From a virus (Duplodnaviria > Caudoviricetes), in IMG/VR virus record IMGVR_UViG_2901146262_000001, positions 32,001 to 96,000 of that record: DNA of 64,000 nt, one strand, 5' to 3'. The notes under the pieces were generated by a model. The model was not told the origin of the DNA, did not search any database, and worked only from the letters and a program-made list of their open reading frames with translations. Positions 58,760-64,000 of the stretch are shown in pieces. Both the position numbers and the translations under genes were made by a program. Position 1 is the first letter of the stretch. Each line of letters opens with the position of its first letter.

Positions 58760-59590
58760 ATGGGAAGTAACAACAAAAATAATAAATTAAAAGACGCATT
58801 TTATTATACAATTGGTACTTTCCTCATCACCTCATTTATTGTTTTTATTGGCTATGGGGGTGCAGTTATCACAACTGGCTCCCAGAAACCTACATATAAA
58901 AGTAGTCCTAGTCAATTCACTAATGATAATATCCGAAAGCGTATGAAGGTGCATGAGGAGAATAGCTTAGAAGGTAGACTAGGTAGGTACAAAAACTTAG
59001 TTTCACAGGCTGACAGCAAAATGTATGAGGACAATTTAAAAGAATTAGTAACAAAGGAAAAGAAGAGATTGGCCAAGGTTAGAGAAAAGAAGCGTGAAGA
59101 TGCAGAGGCTAAGGCTAAGAAAGAAGAAGAGAAAAGATTAGCTAAAGAGAAAAAGTTAGCTGCAGAACAAGAAGATAAAAGAGAGCAACAACTACAATTA
59201 TTAGCTGAAAAGAAAGAGAAGAGTAAGAAAGAATCTAGGTCTAAGCAGAAACCTAAAGAAAAAATCAAGAAAAGAAAACCTGTTGAAACCAACACTATGA
59301 CAATGGAAGCTACTGCATATGTAGCATTTTGTGACACACAGTGCACAGGAACAACTAAGGAAGGTACAGATGTAAGTGGTACTATTTATCATCCAAGTGG
59401 CAATAAGATTATTGCGGTTGATCCCAATGTAATTCCGTTGGGTACAATGGTCGAAATTAATGGAGAAAAGTACATTGCGGACGATACTGGTGGGGACATT
59501 CAACAAAATAGGATTGATATTCTAGTTAATTCAGAATCAGAAGCTAGGAAATTTGGCAGACAGAATGTTGAAGTTAGGATTTTACACTAA
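58760..59590 (+). CDS. Membrane-anchored 3D-domain cell-wall enzyme
   Basis: N-terminal TM, coiled coil, EATAY...IAVDPNVIPLG...ADDTGG...IDI. Confidence 0.9.
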   Translation: MGSNNKNNKLKDAFYYTIGTFLITSFIVFIGYGGAVITTGSQKPTYKSSPSQFTNDNIRKRMKVHEENSLEGRLGRYKNLVSQADSKMYEDNLKELVTKEKKRLAKVREKKREDAEAKAKKEEEKRLAKEKKLAAEQEDKREQQLQLLAEKKEKSKKESRSKQKPKEKIKKRKPVETNTMTMEATAYVAFCDTQCTGTTKEGTDVSGTIYHPSGNKIIAVDPNVIPLGTMVEINGEKYIADDTGGDIQQNRIDILVNSESEARKFGRQNVEVRILH

Positions 59591-59605
59591 AAGGAGGAAG
59601 ATAAA

Positions 59606-60133
59606 TTGGGAATTATTTATAAAGGTATGCAATTAGATGACATTTCGATGACTCACAAGGATCAAGTTTCAGCAATCGATGCTGTCACTGAAGCTATGAA
59701 TAGTAGCTACAGTTTGAATGGCCTAAATGAAGAGGCTAGTAAGCAACCGTATAGTTTAGGAGAATATGCTTCATCAATTACGTCAAAAGCTAAATATCCT
59801 CAGAATAAAAGTGATGGAGTAAAATTTGACAATATCCAAACTGATAAGATTAGCTTTGCAAAGACAAATAAAGATGCACATCAGGCGTTATTAGACGAAA
59901 TTCATGATACTTACATCAGAAAGAATAGAGACTATGGTAGTAGTTTTTCAGAACAGTATAAAGAGTATGGACTGCTGTCGCTCATCATTAGGTTAGATGA
60001 CAAGTTTCGTAGATTAAAACAATTAAACGAAAATGAAGCTTTAGTAAAAGAGAGCGTAGAGGACACGCTTCTCGATGCAGCAAACTATGCAATTATGGGA
60101 GTTATGGAGTTACGTAAACAGAAGGAAAATTAA
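59606..60133 (+). CDS. DUF1599/nucleotide-modification-associated domain protein
   Basis: YIRKNRDYGSSF...RLDDKFRRL...EDTLLDAANYAIM. Confidence 0.85.
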   Translation: MGIIYKGMQLDDISMTHKDQVSAIDAVTEAMNSSYSLNGLNEEASKQPYSLGEYASSITSKAKYPQNKSDGVKFDNIQTDKISFAKTNKDAHQALLDEIHDTYIRKNRDYGSSFSEQYKEYGLLSLIIRLDDKFRRLKQLNENEALVKESVEDTLLDAANYAIMGVMELRKQKEN

Positions 60134-60629
60134 TAACATAGGGGGAATACATAGCGTGGATCATAGCTTAAATATGAAAAAGAAAGCCCTAGTACTTGAA
60201 GATGAGGAATTAGCTACAGATTTTTCAGGAAATATTGGAACAATTGTAAGCTATGACAAAGAAGATGATGAAGGCTACGTTTTTTATAAATTGACATTTA
60301 CCAAAAAAGGTCTATACGACGAATGGTTCCATGAAAGTGAAGTCCAGTTGATCAATGACTAGGTGTAGAAACGTAACTGATAACAAAATATATCAGAATG
60401 TAGAATCATTAATGGACAAAATGGGAGATAAAGTGAAGTCAGATAAGCATTTGCTAGTATTATATTACAAATTTGTCGATAAGATTGATATTGATAAGGA
60501 TAATATGAGCACAAAACAGTTCTTATCTGATGCTACATCTCCCATTGACATCATTAATGCAAAGTATATGTACGAAATTAAGGATTATTAGGTAGTATTA
60601 TATTATAACAACTTAGAAGGTGAACATTT

Positions 60630-60980
60630 TTGAAGTATAAAGTTGGTGATGTCGTAATGATTAAAGATATAAATTTGAAAGGATCTATAACAGATGTATA
60701 TGAGAGAAGGTCAATTAGTATTTTAGGTGACACCAAGACGGTTAAATATAGGGTGCAATGCAAAGGCCAGCCATTAATGTTGTTTAGAGAAGACCAATTA
60801 TATAAGGAGAGTGAAGAAGTGAGGGAAATAGATAAAGATGCTGACGTTCCTTTGAAGCTTGAATTAGAGTTGTTGGATACATTGATTGAAGGTAGTTTGG
60901 TCAGAAAGAATAAGAAAGAATTTGAAGAGTATATGGAAATGAAAAGAGAAAAACAAGAACGATATGACAGTATGAGTTAA
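60630..60980 (+). CDS. IDEAL-domain-like protein
   Basis: N-terminal KYKVGD SH3-like region, C-terminal LIEGSLVRKNKKEF. Confidence 0.5.
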   Translation: MKYKVGDVVMIKDINLKGSITDVYERRSISILGDTKTVKYRVQCKGQPLMLFREDQLYKESEEVREIDKDADVPLKLELELLDTLIEGSLVRKNKKEFEEYMEMKREKQERYDSMS

Positions 60981-61183
60981 AGGAGTGACTATATGAAGTG
61001 GTTGGATGCGATTCGTGAGTTTGAGATCAGAGTAACCGGAGGATTTGCGTATTACTTTTTAATATGCGTGACACTTGTAACAGTTGGAGCATTAGGGGAA
61101 ATTATTGATTTGGTAATTGATTTATTCAAATAAGATGACGATTTTAATTAAAATACTAATGATTTAGACTAGGAGGAATTAGA

Positions 61184-63722
61184 ATGAAATTTAATATTGA
61201 GGAAACGAAAAACCTATTAAACCATGACAGTCAAAGCATTATCTTTAATGCTGCAGGTAGGGAGATTATTAAGCTCAGTCCTAATGGGGATATATTCGTA
61301 AATGGCAAACTAGTGGAAAACGATAAAGAAGTGGTGGAAGGCATGAGGGAACTGATAACTAATTCATAGTTAGTATAATCGAGTCTCAATCTAATTTTTG
61401 AGGAGTGATGGAAATGAAGGGCGATACTTTTAAAGATAAATATTGGGATGAAAAATTACAAATATATTGGGCTGGATATAATGGATGTGAGTACATAGCA
61501 TATAAAGGATCACATCAAATATTTGAATATCCAACATGGGAGTATCCAAGTCCACCATCTAGGATAATTCAACACAATGAAAGGATCGAGAGTGAAGATG
61601 ATTTTGAGAGTGCATTAGATAGTAGAGAGTGGTATACAGCACATTATACAAAATCAATTGATGAGTCTTTTAACTTAGATTTTACAGGCGACTCTAAATA
61701 AAACACAGATTTTACTTGAAGGAAAGATGGTGAGTAAAATATTTAATATAAAATTGCCTATTACCTACAATAGCTTCAATCATGAATTTGATATGGAGGT
61801 AGGAGAAGTCGAAGGTATGTTGTTTATAACAAAAATTAAAACCAGAAAGCAACGCAACTACAGGACACTTAAACAATTCTATAGAGAAGTAAATAACATT
61901 AAAGTAAACAAGGTTGACGAGATGCTTGAATCTTTTAGTAGGTCTGAGAAAGACATTTATAAGCAGCTTGAAGATGAGGATAACTTAATTGAAAAACTTG
62001 GTATTGATAAAACAAAAGTTGCTGAATTTTTCAAGGAGGAATTAATTAAAGAAATCAAAGAGAAGGTGTTTAGATAGCCAGATACAATTACGGTTTTAAT
62101 GGGAAAGGATGTGTTAAGGTGTCTGACTCTAATCAATTTGATGATAGAAATAAAGTATTTTGGCTAGGTGTAAACGGAATGGAGTATATTTCATGGGAAA
62201 ATTCGCGGCAAATTATTGAATATGACCCATATTATCATCCATTACCTTCAAGTGTTATTCATTATCAAAAAAGGATTAATTCAGAAAGCGATATGTATGA
62301 AGCTCTAGAAAATGGCGCTTGGTATCAAATTGAAGGACTCAAACTGATAAATCAGTGATTGTTACTGATGGTTTTAAATAGAAAGGAGTTAGAGAAATGA
62401 AAAGCACAAAAGAAGAACGCATTGAAGTGGTAAATAAGCTAATCAAATTCATATCAGAACGTGGTCGAAAATTCTTTTACTCAAGCAGCACAGTGAATAT
62501 GGATAATGTTGATAGCATTGCATTCATGAAATTAATAAATGGTCGTATTTATTTCGTTGATGATTACACACGAAGAGAGATTGCTGTAATAAATAATTAT
62601 CGAGATTGGAACGGATTTAGTCATGGTGGAACACTTAGGGCTTTGATAATAGACTTCGCAGAATTTATCCGAACTGGTAAATACACTAATGGAAACAATG
62701 GTTACGGTGGACTGTACTGCCCCCACTGGGGTCATAGCGACGAGATTCAGCGGGAAATAATTGATTATGCAAAAGAGATTGGGTATTTAAAATGACAAAA
62801 TGAAACCTTAGAAAGAAGGGTATTTGATGGATGAGCTAACTATTTCTGACATTGAAGCGGAAGTACAAGAACGAATGGAAACGCTGGAAAGACAGGATAG
62901 ACACGAACGTTTGAATGAATTGCAATTATTTATGGATTGGCTATTATGTGGCGACGATTACACGGGTTGATTATATTTCCGATCAAATTTTCGTTTTAAA
63001 GAATTTAAAGAGGGAGTAAAAACAGATGAAGACCATTACAGGGAAAGTGAACTTTGTGCTACAAGCATATTCTTTTCAAGATTTTCTTCAACATATGGAC
63101 AGATATAACTGTGAGGTGCTTGATATTAAACGATCATTCACCTCTTATATAGTGACTGTCAAAGGAACAAATGAAAACTTAAATCACGCGAGATGGTTTT
63201 TCAAGCACTGCGGATCTATTATTTAATCATAGCTAAATAGTTTATGTTATAAACTCCCCATTTTAATAAGAAAGGAGATTGAGAGTGATGCATAGGATTG
63301 TAAACATTCCTTTGAGCAACACTTACGGAAATGTAACTGCAATCAGAGATAGCGACAAGTTTTTCCTGCTACTAGATGACTACTCAAGTACTGATAGAGT
63401 TGAAATTAGTGCAGAGTTGTTTTGGATGATTGAAAGCGAGTTTAATTAAAAGAAGAATTATATCCTAAAAGGAGAGATGTTAATGGATGATGCTAAGACA
63501 ATTACCGTGGTGACTGGAGATGATTGGTCAGGAGTTTATATCGATGGACTGTTAGACAGAGAGGGTCACTCTATTGATTGCAGCGACATGCTTGAAATTA
63601 TCGATAGCTACAAGTGCTTTAAGAACGTTGCAGATTATGAGATCGACTTGGAGTATCTAGAAGATCTAGGGAGTTTACCTTATAAATTCGAAGATATTCC
63701 AAAGGAAAAGTTATTTAAATAA
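61184..63722 (+). other. Array of small hypothetical genes
   Basis: Co-oriented ORFs, most bounded by TAAAA-N6-TTTTA-like sites. Confidence 0.7.
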
Positions 63723-64000
63723 AACTCTGTTTTAATAAGGAAAGGATGAGTAAAAGTTGAATCAATATGAAGGACTAGAAAGTTTATTCAAACAGATGGA
63801 GTCAGAATTGCGTTATTTAAAGCCAGCCGAAAAGCAAAGTGTAAAGAAGTTTATGATATTCGCCTTTGAACGTGGAGAGAGTTCGACAATCAAAAAGTAT
63901 TTATAATTAAAATACATATTTTAATGGGAGGTTAAGCAGATGAAAAAAGTAGTAAATGGACTTCTATTTGACACAAGCCAATCGACTCATATCGCAAAAT

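Larger units (their letters stand above)
2077..60605. promoter_or_regulatory. About 27 copies of a 19-bp operator-like motif ATTRRGTRNYWWTATARTA
   Basis: Minus: 2077, 7941, 10401, 12943, 15670, 15858, 16072. Plus: 17246, 20682, 20722, 21698, 21738, 22228, 22909, 29826, 33608, 35433, 39449, 39976, 41076, 42442, 52924, 53468, 55907, 56675, 60587 and variants. Confidence 0.8.
23523..63923. repeat. Dispersed palindromic TAAAA-N6-TTTTA sites at gene junctions
   Basis: Exact copies at 23523, 26612, 29616, 36065, 37060, 38846, 40007, 43284, 46157, 47337, 50321, 61699, 63908 (also 8512) and over 20 one-mismatch copies. Confidence 0.8.
1..64000. mobile_element. SPbeta-like temperate bacteriophage (partial genome or prophage interior)
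   Basis: SPbeta-like gene order (capsid, scaffold, portal, terminase, phosphoesterase, HU, YonO-type RNAP); MrpR-like repressor; about 100 small phage-type ORFs; no host gene context. Confidence 0.93.

Noticed and set aside
284-62735. Many short ORFs antisense to or nested in real genes (e.g. 284-535, 5691-6116, 58912-59346)
   Set aside because: Shadow frames of well-supported genes with no RBS or motifs

Overview
The whole window is part of a large, AT-rich SPbeta-like temperate phage of a Bacillaceae host. No host chromosome or att junction is visible. Left part (1-15.8 kb, minus strand) is the late module in SPbeta gene order: major capsid, scaffold/protease, portal, terminase, a YonJ-like phosphoesterase, PhoH, HU and a YonO-type single-subunit RNA polymerase. 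The middle (16-20 kb) holds an intact tyrosine recombinase, a probable replication initiator with upstream repeats, and about 1.7 kb of non-coding DNA ending in a structured leader. From 20 kb to the end (plus strand) there are about 100 mostly small genes, including an SNF2 helicase, an MrpR/YopR-like repressor, a nucleotidyltransferase-phosphoesterase pair, a captured prfA-prmC operon, and SSB/Sak4-like recombination genes. Three separate dispersed DNA motifs stand out. (1) A palindromic TAAAA-N6-TTTTA site sits at about 35-40 gene junctions, like integron cassette boundaries; this is the best candidate for an undescribed system, a phage gene-cassette array possibly served by the tyrosine recombinase. 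(2) A strictly spaced RTRTAACAG-N8-AAATATCGCTG motif occurs 8 times in one orientation between 28.4 and 40.3 kb. (3) An operator-like 19-mer occurs about 27 times, many copies overlapping sigmaA -10 boxes. All motifs were found by eye and all family assignments come from motif recognition and synteny, not database searches.
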